DNA of 64,000 nt from Vicinamibacteria bacterium (GCA_963668695.2 CAXXLQ010000004.1:1312001-1376000); one strand, 5' to 3'. Shown: positions 20,268-29,808, counted from the first letter of the stretch. Numbers and translations are program-made. The notes: generated from the letters alone by a model not told the origin.

Positions 20268-21995
20268 ATGGAGCACGGCAAGCAAGGCTTGGTGAGCAAG
20301 TACATCTTCAGCTTCGATCACAAGACGATCGGCAAGCAGTACTTCACGCTCGCGATGACCATGGGGTTCATCGGCGGCATCCTGGCGGTGCTGATCCGGC
20401 TCCAGCTCGGTTTCCCCTCGAAGCCCTGGCCTTTCCTTGAGAACCTGTTCCCGGTCGGCATGGCCGGCGGGATCATGGCCCCCGAGTTCTACGTCTCGCT
20501 GTTCACCATGCACGGGACGATCATGGTGTTCTTCCTGCTTTCGCTGCTGCCGGTCAGCGGCTTCGGGAACTTCCTGATTCCCCTGCAGATCGGGGCGCGG
20601 GACATGGCGTTCCCGTTCCTGAACATGCTGTCCTTCTGGACCGTGGTTCCCGGGGCGATCATTATCATCATCTCGTTCTTCGTCGAGGGCGGCGCCGCGG
20701 CTTCGGGCTGGACGGCGTATCCACCGCTCTCGGCCATCCGAAGCGCCATACCCGGTTCCGATGCCGGTCAGACGCTATGGCTCGTCGGGATGATCTTCTT
20801 CGTGGCGTCCTTCACCATGGGCGGTCTGAACTTCGTGGTGACCATCCTGAACCTCAGGACGAAGGGGCTCCGGATGATGCGCATGCCGCTCACCACCTGG
20901 GCCCAGTTTGTGGTCGGCATCCTGGGACTGCTGTCCTTCCCGGCCCTCGCCGCCGGCGCCCTGCTGCTGACCTTCGACCGCTCCCTGGGAACCAGCTTCT
21001 TCCTGCCTGCGGGCATCTTCATCGGCGACACCCTGATGCCGCACGAAGGCGGCACGCCCCTGCTCTGGCAGCACCTGTTCTGGTTCCTCGGCCACCCCGA
21101 GGTCTACATCATCATGCTGCCGGCGATGGGGTTCACCTCGGACATCCTGGCCACGTTCTGCCGCCGGCCCATCTTCGGCTACCGCTCGATGGTGTACGCC
21201 ATCATGGCGATCGGCACGCTGAGCTTCCTGGTCTGGGGACACCACATGTTCGTGAGCGGGATGAGCCCGTTCCTCGGCAGCGTGTTCGTGGTGACGACCC
21301 TCGCGATCGCCATTCCTTCGGCGGTCAAGGCGTTCAACTGGCTGTTCACCATCGCGCGGGCCCGAATCCAGTTTACGAGTGCGTCCCTGTTTGCGTTAGG
21401 CGTGGTCTCGCTGTTCGTGACCGGCGGTCTGACCGGGATTTTCCTGGGGACGAACGCTGTAGACATCCAGTTGCACGACACCTACTTCGTCGTCGGGCAC
21501 TTCCACTTCATCATGGCGGGCGCCGGGCTCTTCGGCGCCTTCGGGGCGGTCTACTACTGGTACCCGAAGATGTTCGGCAAGATGCTGAGCGAGCGTCTCG
21601 GGAAGATCCATTTCTGGATCACTTTCATCGCCTACTACGCGGTCTTTTTCCCGATGCACTACCTGGGCATTTCGGGAATGATGCGCCGCATCTACGACCC
21701 GAACGTCTATGAGTACCTGCAACCGCTCCAGCCGGTCAACGTGTTCATCACGATCTCCGCGTTCGTGTTGTTCACCGGGCAGTTGATCTTCCTCTACAAC
21801 TATTTCACCAGCATGCGCTGGGGGGCGCCGGCGACCGAGAACCCGTGGAATGCCGCGGGTCTCGAATGGTCCACGCCGCCGCAACCGGGGCACGGCAATT
21901 GGGAGGGCGAGATTCCCGAAGCCCACCGCTGGCCCTACGACTACTCCGTGCCTGGCAAGAAACGCGACTTCACGCCGCAGTGGGAGGCTGAGTAG
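20268..21995 (+). CDS. coxA: Cytochrome c oxidase subunit I, A1 type
   Basis: FTMHG, GARDMAFPFLN (D channel), WFLGHPEVY, WGHH, PSAVK (K channel) and HDTYFVVGHFH. Confidence 0.98.
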   Translation: MEHGKQGLVSKYIFSFDHKTIGKQYFTLAMTMGFIGGILAVLIRLQLGFPSKPWPFLENLFPVGMAGGIMAPEFYVSLFTMHGTIMVFFLLSLLPVSGFGNFLIPLQIGARDMAFPFLNMLSFWTVVPGAIIIIISFFVEGGAAASGWTAYPPLSAIRSAIPGSDAGQTLWLVGMIFFVASFTMGGLNFVVTILNLRTKGLRMMRMPLTTWAQFVVGILGLLSFPALAAGALLLTFDRSLGTSFFLPAGIFIGDTLMPHEGGTPLLWQHLFWFLGHPEVYIIMLPAMGFTSDILATFCRRPIFGYRSMVYAIMAIGTLSFLVWGHHMFVSGMSPFLGSVFVVTTLAIAIPSAVKAFNWLFTIARARIQFTSASLFALGVVSLFVTGGLTGIFLGTNAVDIQLHDTYFVVGHFHFIMAGAGLFGAFGAVYYWYPKMFGKMLSERLGKIHFWITFIAYYAVFFPMHYLGISGMMRRIYDPNVYEYLQPLQPVNVFITISAFVLFTGQLIFLYNYFTSMRWGAPATENPWNAAGLEWSTPPQPGHGNWEGEIPEAHRWPYDYSVPGKKRDFTPQWEAE

Positions 21996-22025
21996 CCTGC
22001 CCGGCATGACGAAGGTGATTTCCAG

Positions 22026-22634
22026 ATGAGCGGCCAGATGAGCGAATTGACGAGCGGAATAGCGGCGCCGATCGACGCGGCGCGGTCCTGGTCCGACCGC
22101 CGCCAGATCAATCGCCTTGGCCTGCTGGTGGGTCTCGGCGGGATCACGATGCTGTTCGCCGCCTTCACCTCGGCATACATCGTGCGGAGTGGTGGGGGGG
22201 ATTGGGCGACCCTCGAACTCCCGCCGGTGCTCTGGCTGAGCACGGCCCTGATCGCGGCCAGTTCCCTCACCCTCGAGCTGGCTCGCCGCGCCTTCCGCGA
22301 CGGCAACCTGGTGTCTTTCCGCTCGTGGAGCGCCGCTACCGCAGCACTCGGAACCGGCTTTCTCGCGAGCCAGTACGCCGCCTGGCTGACGCTCAACGAG
22401 GCCGGGATCTATCTCCAGAGCCACCCGAAGAGTTCGTTCTTCTTCGTGCTCACCGGAGTCCACGGCGTCCATCTGTTGGCTGGCGTTCTCGCGCTGCTCG
22501 CGGTGTTCGGGCTCGCCGCCGCCGGCCGGCTCGTTCCGGGGCGCTCGGATGCGCCTACCCTGACCGCCATCTACTGGCATTTCGTAGGCGGCCTGTGGAT
22601 TTATCTGCTGGCCGTACTGTCTCTTCTCGGCTGA
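22026..22634 (+). CDS. Cytochrome c oxidase subunit III-like, copy 1
   Basis: FAAFTSAY, LTGVHGVHL and YWHFVGGLW motifs. Confidence 0.92.
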   Translation: MSGQMSELTSGIAAPIDAARSWSDRRQINRLGLLVGLGGITMLFAAFTSAYIVRSGGGDWATLELPPVLWLSTALIAASSLTLELARRAFRDGNLVSFRSWSAATAALGTGFLASQYAAWLTLNEAGIYLQSHPKSSFFFVLTGVHGVHLLAGVLALLAVFGLAAAGRLVPGRSDAPTLTAIYWHFVGGLWIYLLAVLSLLG

Positions 22635-22689
22635 TGTTTGCGCCACTGATTTCGACGCTGACAGGGAGCCGACCCGGAGAGGAGGAGGC

Positions 22690-23295
22690 ATGAGCCAGAC
22701 CGCGATTGCCCAGGCAGACTGGGGGGGCGCAGCGAGCCCCTTCGGCGTGACCTGGCAAAAGATGATGATGTGGTTCTTCATCGTCACCGACGCGCTGCTG
22801 TTCGCCGGCCTGCTGGTGAGCTACGGGGTGGTGCGGATCGCCACCGGCGACTGGCCGACGCAGAGCGAGGTCTTCAGCCTGCCCTACATCGCGGCCATGA
22901 CGTTCGTTCTCATCAGTTCGTCCGCAACCATGGCCTGCGCGGTGACCGCCGCGGAACTCGAACGACGGAAGACAGTCACCCTCTGCTTGTGGCTGACCAT
23001 CCTGGGCGGCTTCGGCTTCCTGGGGATGCAGGCTTACGAATGGACCCACTTCATCCATGACGGCGGCGGGATCACCGGGAACCCCTGGGGTCCGCCCACC
23101 TTCAGCCAGTTCTTCTTCATCATCACCGGATTCCACGGTTTCCACGTCCTCACCGGGGTGACCGTGCTGCTGATTGTCGCCATCCGCTCGGCGCTCGGGA
23201 AGCACTCGGCGGCCGGGGTGGAAAACGCCGGCCTCTACTGGCACTTCGTGGACCTCGTCTGGGTCTTCGTCTTTGCCCTCTTCTACCTGGTTTAG
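22690..23295 (+). CDS. Cytochrome c oxidase subunit III-like, copy 2
   Basis: MWFFIVTD, TGFHGFHV and LYWHFVDLVWVFVF motifs. Confidence 0.94.
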   Translation: MSQTAIAQADWGGAASPFGVTWQKMMMWFFIVTDALLFAGLLVSYGVVRIATGDWPTQSEVFSLPYIAAMTFVLISSSATMACAVTAAELERRKTVTLCLWLTILGGFGFLGMQAYEWTHFIHDGGGITGNPWGPPTFSQFFFIITGFHGFHVLTGVTVLLIVAIRSALGKHSAAGVENAGLYWHFVDLVWVFVFALFYLV

Positions 23296-23316
23296 GAAAC
23301 TCTGGGAGGCCCGCTC

Positions 23317-23622
23317 ATGTCCGCCGACGCAGCTCACCCCTACCGGGGCTACTGGATTCTCTGGGCGGTATTGCTGACCGTCACCCTGCTCATGCTCTCG
23401 ATCGAGGGGGCCGGGCTGCCCGCCGCCCTGGCGGTCGTGGTGCTTCTGTTCGGGTCGGCGATCAAGGCGACACTCATCATCTTCTACTACATGCATCTGA
23501 AGTTCGAGCACCTGGGCCTGATCCTCACCGTGCTGGTCGGGCTGTTCGTTACCGCCATTCTGATGTTCGTGGTGCCCGCCTACGATGGAAGCCAAATCCT
23601 CGCGAGCCGCACCCTCGGCTGA
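23317..23622 (+). CDS. Cytochrome c oxidase subunit IV family protein
   Basis: Three TM helices; KATLIIFYYMHLKFE. Confidence 0.9.
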   Translation: MSADAAHPYRGYWILWAVLLTVTLLMLSIEGAGLPAALAVVVLLFGSAIKATLIIFYYMHLKFEHLGLILTVLVGLFVTAILMFVVPAYDGSQILASRTLG

Positions 23623-23626
23623 CCCC

Positions 23627-23935
23627 ATGTCCCGCTCCAGCCTGCTCACGCTGATTGCTGCCGCCATCGCGTTCATCACGCTCGTGCCAGCGGATGCGCT
23701 GGCGCAGTGCTCGATGTGCCGGACGGCGCTCGAGCAGAACCCGGAGGCCGCCGCGGGCTTCAACCGGGCGATCCTGTTCCTCTTGGCGATGCCCTACACG
23801 GTGTTCGGCTCCCTGGCCGGCTACGTGCTGGTTTCGCGCCGGAGACGCGTGCGCAAGGCGGCCGCAGCGATGGCCCCGGTGACCTACGCCGCCACCCCGG
23901 TTCGCGGCGAGGACGTCGTTAGCAGCCGGTGGTGA
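23627..23935 (+). CDS. Small oxidase-associated membrane protein with CxxC; C-terminus supplied by a MITE
   Basis: Signal-like N-terminus, AQCSMCRTAL and FNRAILFLLAMPY TM helix; the stop lies inside MITE 23923-24138. Confidence 0.8.
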   Translation: MSRSSLLTLIAAAIAFITLVPADALAQCSMCRTALEQNPEAAAGFNRAILFLLAMPYTVFGSLAGYVLVSRRRRVRKAAAAMAPVTYAATPVRGEDVVSSRW

Positions 23936-24138
23936 AACCCGGGTGAGCGCCGAGGTTGGCCAGTTCTCCCGGTGGGGGCGAGGCGCCCGGCTGACAAGGC
24001 GCGTGAGGGAGGAGCCCCCACCGGGAGAACTGGCCCGGGTGTATTTCGACCGAAACGCAACGATGAGCGGCGCGCAGCGACGCGGTTCAGCCGGGATGGA
24101 TCGCCGGCCGAACGCCGCGTGGGTTCCACCACCGGCTG
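23923..24138 (-). mobile_element. MITE (family A)
   Basis: TTAG-CAGCCGGTGG...CCACCGGCTG-CTAA. Confidence 0.88.
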
Positions 24139-24165
24139 CTAACGCCGCCTCCTGACCGCGCGAAG

Positions 24166-25110
24166 CTACTCGCCGCTCGGGATGGCGTAGTACCCGTTCC
24201 GGGTCCGTGTCGTGAGGTCCCGCCGTCCGCGGACCTGAATCTCGATCTCACGCCACTCGCCGTCCCGCTCCGCCTTCCTCGGGACGTAAGCGAGGCGGTA
24301 CTGCGCGTGCAAGTCGGCCTCAATCCGCGAAAAACTTCCGATGAGATCTCCGGTCCGTTCGGGGAAGAGCGCCTGACCCCCAGTTTCCTCTGTCAGCCGG
24401 CGGAGGAATCGCTTGTTGACCCGGGCCCCGTTTCCTTCGAATCCGATGGCGTACACCGCGGCGTCGGTGAGCCGGGCCGCTTCGATGGCGTCGCCGGCGC
24501 TCGCCTCGCTTCCAAAGCCCATGCTCCGCGAGTCGTCACCGTCCGTGAAGATCAAGAGCGCCTTGCGATCTCCGTCGGCGAAGTAGAGCCGCTCGAGCGA
24601 CAGGATCGAGGCGTCGTAGAGCGCGGTCGGGCCCATTGGGTTGAGCGCCATGATGTTTCCGATGAGCCGGTACCGGTCGTCCGTGAACTCTCCCCCGAAA
24701 CGGACCCGGTCGTTGAACTCACCGATCATGGCGCGGTCGCCTTCCCAGAGCCGGTCCACGAAGGTGGCGGCTGCTTCCTTCACATAGTCGAGATTCGCCC
24801 GCATGCTGAGGGAGGCGTCGAGGAGAACCAGGATGGTGAGTGGCGCCGCCTCTGCTCCGAAGAAGGTGACCTGTTGAGGCACCCCGTCCTCGCGCACTAC
24901 GAAGTCATCGGCGGTCAGACCGGAGACGAAGCGGCCGCGCTCATCACTGACAGCCACCCCCAGGTTGACCGCCTCCACCTGGACCTGGATTCTGAAGGGA
25001 TCCTGCTGGCCCTGTTGGGCGGCCGCGGTCACCAGGGTTGCGGCCAGCGAGATCGCCGCGGCGAGCGCAAACGCGCAACGAACCAGTAGCCTCCGGATCC
25101 GGACGGACAT
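24166..25110 (-). CDS. Secreted VWA-domain protein (acidobacterial type)
   Basis: MIDAS motif DASLS, TALYDA, FTDGDD, ETGG, QYRLAY.P and DGEWREI; start MSVRIRR. Confidence 0.92.
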   Translation of the reverse strand: MSVRIRRLLVRCAFALAAAISLAATLVTAAAQQGQQDPFRIQVQVEAVNLGVAVSDERGRFVSGLTADDFVVREDGVPQQVTFFGAEAAPLTILVLLDASLSMRANLDYVKEAAATFVDRLWEGDRAMIGEFNDRVRFGGEFTDDRYRLIGNIMALNPMGPTALYDASILSLERLYFADGDRKALLIFTDGDDSRSMGFGSEASAGDAIEAARLTDAAVYAIGFEGNGARVNKRFLRRLTEETGGQALFPERTGDLIGSFSRIEADLHAQYRLAYVPRKAERDGEWREIEIQVRGRRDLTTRTRNGYYAIPSGE

Positions 25111-25226
25111 GGCAAACCTCCCGTGGGGTCCGTCTATTCTGGCGCGTGAGACGGACAAAGGGGCGCTCCACGAGGCAGAAGTGCCTCCGAGCCGCGTCTT
25201 CGATCCGAATCGGGATGCGGCGTTAA

Positions 25227-25459
25227 CAGCCTGTGGTGAAACCCAAGCGGCGTTCGAGCGGCGATCCATCCCGTCTGAACCACGCCGCTTTGCGGCGCTC
25301 TGCGTTGCGTTTCGGTCGAAATACACCCGGGCCAGTTCTCCCGGTGGGGGCTCCTCCCTCACGCGCCTTGTCAGCCGGGCCCCCACCGGGAGGACTGGCC
25401 CCACCGGGAGAACTGGGCCTCGCCGCTCTCGGCGCTCACCCGGGTTCCACCACAGGCTG
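25227..25459 (+). mobile_element. MITE (family A)
   Basis: TTAA-CAGCCTGTGG...CCACAGGCTG-TTAA. Confidence 0.88.
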
Positions 25460-25463
25460 TTAA

Positions 25464-26004
25464 CAGCCTGTGGCAAAACCCACGCGGCATTCCCGAGCCA
25501 GAAGGGATGGGGGCCGGGTAGCCCCGCCCCCCGTCCCTCCCGCTCCGGGGTCTCCGCGGTGCTCGCGCCCCGCTCCGGAAGCGACCGGCGATGCATCCCG
25601 GCCAAACAGCCTGTGATGAAACCCACGCGGCGTTCGGCCGGCGATCCATCCCGGCCAAACAGCCTGTGATGAAACCCACGCGGCGTTCGGCCGGCGATCC
25701 ATCCCGGCTGAACCGCGTCGCTGCGCGCCGCTCATCGTTGCGTTTCGGTGGGAATACACCCGGGCCAGTTCTCCCGGTGGGGGCTCCTCCCTCGCGCGCC
25801 TTGTCAGCCGGGCGCCTCGCCCGTCTCGGTGCTCACGTGGGTTCCACCACCGGCTGTTCACCGCCCCGCTTCGCGGTGCTCTGCGTTGCGCTTCGGTCGA
25901 AATACACCCGGGCCAGTTCTCCCGGTGGGGGCTCCTCCCTCGCGCGCCTTGTCAGCCGGGCGCCTCGCCCGTCTCGGTGCTCACGTGGGTTTCCCCGCAG
26001 GCTG
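25464..26004 (+). mobile_element. Expanded MITE (family A), abutting the previous copy via a shared TTAA
   Basis: CAGCCTGTGG...CCGCAGGCTG; contains a ~105-bp extra module also seen at 38360-38465. Confidence 0.85.
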
Positions 26005-26158
26005 TAACGGGCTGCTACAATTCATCGCTCAATTCAGGGGCGACTTCGCCCCTCTGAGTCGGTTTCTCGACTGTCAGGTGCGGCCCGAGTCTGTCAGGCC
26101 CACCGGTTGCGGACCGTATTTCATCCCCCCTGCCCATGGAACGGAGGTTCCCCGTAAG

Positions 26159-26947
26159 ATGCTTCATAGAGCCCCTCGCACGCTCGTTCTGCTCGCGATT
26201 CCCCTCGCCCTCGCCCTCGCCCTGCTGGTCGGCTGCGGCGGTGGTGGCGGTGAATCTGACACCGCGATGGAGGCCATCCCGGTCGCCACCGTGGATCCGG
26301 CGACCGCCGGCATCATCAGCGGCAAGGTCATGCTCGACGGTGACGCCCCGCCGGCGGACACCATCCAGATGGCTGCCGACCCGAACTGCGCCCGCATGCA
26401 CGACGGCCCGGTGATGACCGAGTTCGTGATCACCGACATGGAGGGCGGACTGCAGAACGCCTTCGTGTACATCAAGGGCGGTATCGAGGGCATGAGTTTC
26501 CCGACGCCGACCGAGTCGGTCACCCTGAACCAGGAGGGGTGCCTCTATGTGCCCCACGTGCTCGGGCTCCAGGTGGGCCAGCCGCTGAACATCCTGAACA
26601 GCGACTCAACGCTCCACAACATCCACGCCAGTCCCTCCGCGAACCGGGAGTTCAACATCGGCCAGCCGGTGGCAAACATGAGCACCACCCGGACCTTCGA
26701 CAGCGTGGAGGTCATGGTTCCCTTCAGGTGCGACGTGCACCGCTGGATGAACAGCTACGCGGGCGTCCTCGACCACCCCTACTTCGCGGTCAGCAGCATG
26801 GACGGCTCCTTCACCATCGGCAACGTGCCGCCGGGCCCCTACACCGTCGGCGTCTGGCACGAGCGTCTCGGTGAGATGGAGATGATGGTCACCGTCGGCG
26901 AATCGGCCACCGCGGAAGCCAGCTTCACCTACAGCGCCGCCGAATAG
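26159..26947 (+). CDS. Lipoprotein with cupredoxin-like and carboxypeptidase-regulatory-like domains
   Basis: Lipobox LLVGC; LNQEGCLYVPHV, LHNIH, FRCDVHRWM and VPPGPYTVGVWHE; GGAGG upstream. Confidence 0.8.
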   Translation: MLHRAPRTLVLLAIPLALALALLVGCGGGGGESDTAMEAIPVATVDPATAGIISGKVMLDGDAPPADTIQMAADPNCARMHDGPVMTEFVITDMEGGLQNAFVYIKGGIEGMSFPTPTESVTLNQEGCLYVPHVLGLQVGQPLNILNSDSTLHNIHASPSANREFNIGQPVANMSTTRTFDSVEVMVPFRCDVHRWMNSYAGVLDHPYFAVSSMDGSFTIGNVPPGPYTVGVWHERLGEMEMMVTVGESATAEASFTYSAAE

Positions 26948-26991
26948 GACCAACTCCCTGGCGGGCCCGACCCGTCCGGGCCAGGACGCGG

Positions 26992-27018
26992 GAATCGCCG
27001 CCTTCGGGGCGGCGATTC
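26992..27018. terminator. Hairpin between convergent genes
   Basis: Perfect 11-bp stem GAATCGCCGCC/GGCGGCGATTC with no clear U-tract. Confidence 0.5.
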
Positions 27019-27022
27019 ACCG

Positions 27023-28451
27023 CTAATGTGGCCGGGACCCCTCCGGGTGTGGCCGGGACCCCTCCGGGGCGTTCGCGGGCCAGAGCCTCTTGCGCAGGTC
27101 CTTTGCCCAGCCTTCGACCACTTTGTCCCCGCCGATTTGCCGTACCCGGTTGTAGTCGAAAAGCGCCCTCTGCCGCTGACCCATGCCGTCGCGGGCATTG
27201 CCGCGGCGGAAGTGCAGCATCACGCAGATGTCGGAAGGCGGAGAGGACTCGAGACCCCGTGAGAAGGCCGCCTCCGCTTCTTCCCACTTTTCTTCGAACA
27301 GCCAGGACTCGCCCAGCCTGAGTTCCGGGAGGCCGCCCGGGGTCAGATGGTAGTTCCCGAAACCGGCATCCCGCTGCTCGATGAAGGCAAGTACCTCGTC
27401 GCGTGCCTCGGCGGTCTCTCCGTGGTGCAGGTGGACCCCTAACAGCCTGTGGTGAAACCCACGTGAGCGCCGAGACCGGTGAGGCGCCCGGCTGACAAGG
27501 CGCGTGAGGGAGGAATACCCGGTGTATTTCGACCGAAACGCAACGCAGAACGGAGCGAAGCGGAGTGGTTCAGCCGGGATGCATCGCCGGTCGAACGCCG
27601 CGTGGGTTTTGCCACAGGCTGCTAACTCTTCAAGGGCGTAGTCGGGATTCTTCGGGAACTGCTCCCGGAGCGTTCGGATGGCAACGAGGGCTTCTTCGAG
27701 CCGGTCCTCCCGCTGCATGAAGAGCACCTGGGCCCAGAGTGCGCCCCAGCGCGAGCGCTCTCCTTCTTGTGCGGTCCGGGCGAGCCAATCCAGCCCCCGC
27801 TCCTTGTCGCCCCGAACGCCGGAGAGGAACGCGAGCATGCGGAGAGCGCGCGGCAGGGTTGCGATCCCGTAGTCGTAGACGCCCGGGACCTGGTAGGCGT
27901 CGGTGAAGTCGGGATCCCTCTTCCAGGATGCTGCGGTGGTGCCCAACCGCTCTGCTCATCGCGCGAGTTCCGGAGAAATAGGAGCGGGCCACCGTGACAT
28001 CCCAGGCGGATTTCAAGCCTTCGGTGGCGCCCAGGTAATAGCGGTTCGGCAGATCCGCAGGATGGTGCTCGCTTACCCGCTCGCAGCGCGTGCGTGCTTC
28101 CGCAAGTTGGCTCTCGAAGAGTCCTGTTTCTTCATCGCTTACTTCCGGGGTTCCGGTTTGTTCCCAATACCGGTCGCCCCGGTGGGAGGATCCCCGCATT
28201 CCCCCGCTGCGCTGGGCCGCCTTCTTCCAGATGATGCTGGCGCGGCCGTAGGGCCCGGCGGCGTAGTCGGGAAACTGATCTCCGAGGCGCCGAAACACCT
28301 GATCGGCTTCTTCGAATTCGTAGTTGAACAGATGCTGATACCCCTCTCTTTCGAGGGGTAGCGCTTCGTCTCCGATGTCCGTTGGCTGTCCCTGGACGAG
28401 GCCGGGCGCGAGCAGAATCACCCCGGCGAGGACCGCAAGTCGAGAGGTCAT
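27023..28451 (-). pseudogene. Secreted TPR-like protein with a one-base frameshift and an in-frame MITE insertion
   Basis: N-half (MTSRLAVLAG...HRSILEE) and C-half (DPDFTDAY...) are in different frames, joined by removing one G at ~27916-27918. A 61-codon MITE sits at 27443-27621. Confidence 0.8.
27443..27621 (-). mobile_element. Canonical 179-bp MITE (family A) inserted in coding sequence
   Basis: CTAA-CAGCCTGTGG...CCACAGGCTG-CTAA. Confidence 0.92.
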
Positions 28452-28517
28452 GGTTGGCGAAGACTCCAACATCTCGCCCATTTTCCCACGCTGGCCACCT
28501 TTACACTGCATGCCTTG

Positions 28518-29090
28518 ATGCCCGATCACTCCACCCCCGTTTCCGCCCGACTGATCGACCGCAGTGTCCCGTTTTCCGGGCGCCTGCTGCGCCTGGAGCT
28601 CGATCAGGCACAAGAACCCGTGGGGCCGCACGGATACGGTCCGGTGGTGCACCGTGAGGTCGTCCGCCATCCCGGAGCGGTAGCGATCGTTGCCGTGACC
28701 CCGCAACGCGAGCTCGTCATGGTCCGGCAGTACCGCTATGCGGCCGGCAGATTTCTCCTTGAGATCCCCGCCGGAACGCTCGAACCCGGGGAAAAACCGG
28801 AAGACACGGCCCGCCGCGAGCTTCGCGAAGAAACGGGCTACACCGCGGAGAATCTGCGCCCGCTCGGATCGTTCTTCAGCGCCCCCGGCTTCTGCGACGA
28901 GGTGATCTACCTTTTCCAGGCGGACGGCCTCACCCCGGGCGAGCAGGACACGGACTTCGGGGAAGAAATCGACCTGGTCGAGATCCCCGTCGATGAGGGA
29001 CGCCGTCGGCTCGCGGCTGGCGCCTTTGAGGACGCCAAGACGCTCGTCGGGCTGTCACTCTTTTTCCTGGAGGAACCCGGTCCTTCCTGA
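28518..29090 (+). CDS. NUDIX hydrolase (ADP-ribose pyrophosphatase-like)
   Basis: Nudix box EIPAGTLEPGE...ARRELREETG; REVVRHPGAV, SAPGFCDE and DAKT. Confidence 0.93.
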   Translation: MPDHSTPVSARLIDRSVPFSGRLLRLELDQAQEPVGPHGYGPVVHREVVRHPGAVAIVAVTPQRELVMVRQYRYAAGRFLLEIPAGTLEPGEKPEDTARRELREETGYTAENLRPLGSFFSAPGFCDEVIYLFQADGLTPGEQDTDFGEEIDLVEIPVDEGRRRLAAGAFEDAKTLVGLSLFFLEEPGPS

Positions 29091-29106
29091 GCCGTTCCGA
29101 TCTGCG

Positions 29107-29646
29107 ATGGGTCTCCACGGTGATGCCGGCAATCGGTCGGCCAGGTGTCGCGGGGCGCTGGCGTTGCCACTTCTGGTGGCGGCGCTCATCGGCGCCGCCT
29201 GCGCCGAGAAGCCGGATCCCCCGACGCCGGATGCCGCGGCGCCGCCCTTCGAGCTGCTGGACCTCGAGGGGCGCCCCCACCGCCTCTCGGATTTCGCCGG
29301 CCAGGTCGTGGTGCTCAACTTCTGGGCCACCTGGTGCCCGCCCTGCGTGGAGGAAATGCCGTCCTTGCAGCGGCTTCAGGATCTGTTAGGCGATGACGGG
29401 CTGACCGTAATCGCGGTATCAGTGGACGAGCGCTATTCGGACATTCCGCCGTTCGTCACCGAGCACGAGCTGCGCTTTCTGGTGCTCCACGACCTCGGCA
29501 AGCGCGTTTCCCGCCGCTACGAAGTGTTCCAGTTTCCCGAGACCTGGATCATCCGGCGTGACGGAACGCTCGCCTCGCACATCGTCGGAGCCCGGGACTG
29601 GGCGGTGCCCGGCTCCCTCGAGATCTTCCGCGGGTTACTCGACTAG
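29107..29646 (+). CDS. TlpA/ResA-family thiol-disulfide oxidoreductase lipoprotein
   Basis: LNFWATWCPPCVEEMP and FPETW; lipobox GAAC. Confidence 0.93.
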   Translation: MGLHGDAGNRSARCRGALALPLLVAALIGAACAEKPDPPTPDAAAPPFELLDLEGRPHRLSDFAGQVVVLNFWATWCPPCVEEMPSLQRLQDLLGDDGLTVIAVSVDERYSDIPPFVTEHELRFLVLHDLGKRVSRRYEVFQFPETWIIRRDGTLASHIVGARDWAVPGSLEIFRGLLD

Positions 29647-29715
29647 GCTGCGTTCCGAGTAACGCGGCGTTGTGGACGGTCAGCATGCTGCGTTTCGCCC
29701 GCCGGTGGCAGGCAA

Positions 29716-29742
29716 TGCCGGCCTGAAGGCCGGCGTCCCCAG
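29716..29742 (-). repeat. REP-like hairpin (family B)
   Basis: TGCCGGCCTGAAGGCCGGCGTCCCCAG; its reverse complement resembles CTGGGAACGCCGATCTTCAGACCGGCA at 51010. Confidence 0.65.
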
Positions 29743-29808
29743 GGACCGCGCTAGAATCCGCCGCTCGACCGGAGGGGATGCCGGTGTCTGTGAGCGGAGG
29801 CGATCCAC

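Noticed and set aside
24166-25626. 486-aa VWA ORF with a long N-extension
   Set aside because: The extension is MITE sequence; the signal peptide starts at 25110.
27905-27930. Programmed frameshift in the TPR gene
   Set aside because: No canonical slippery heptamer or stimulatory structure; mutation or assembly error is simpler.
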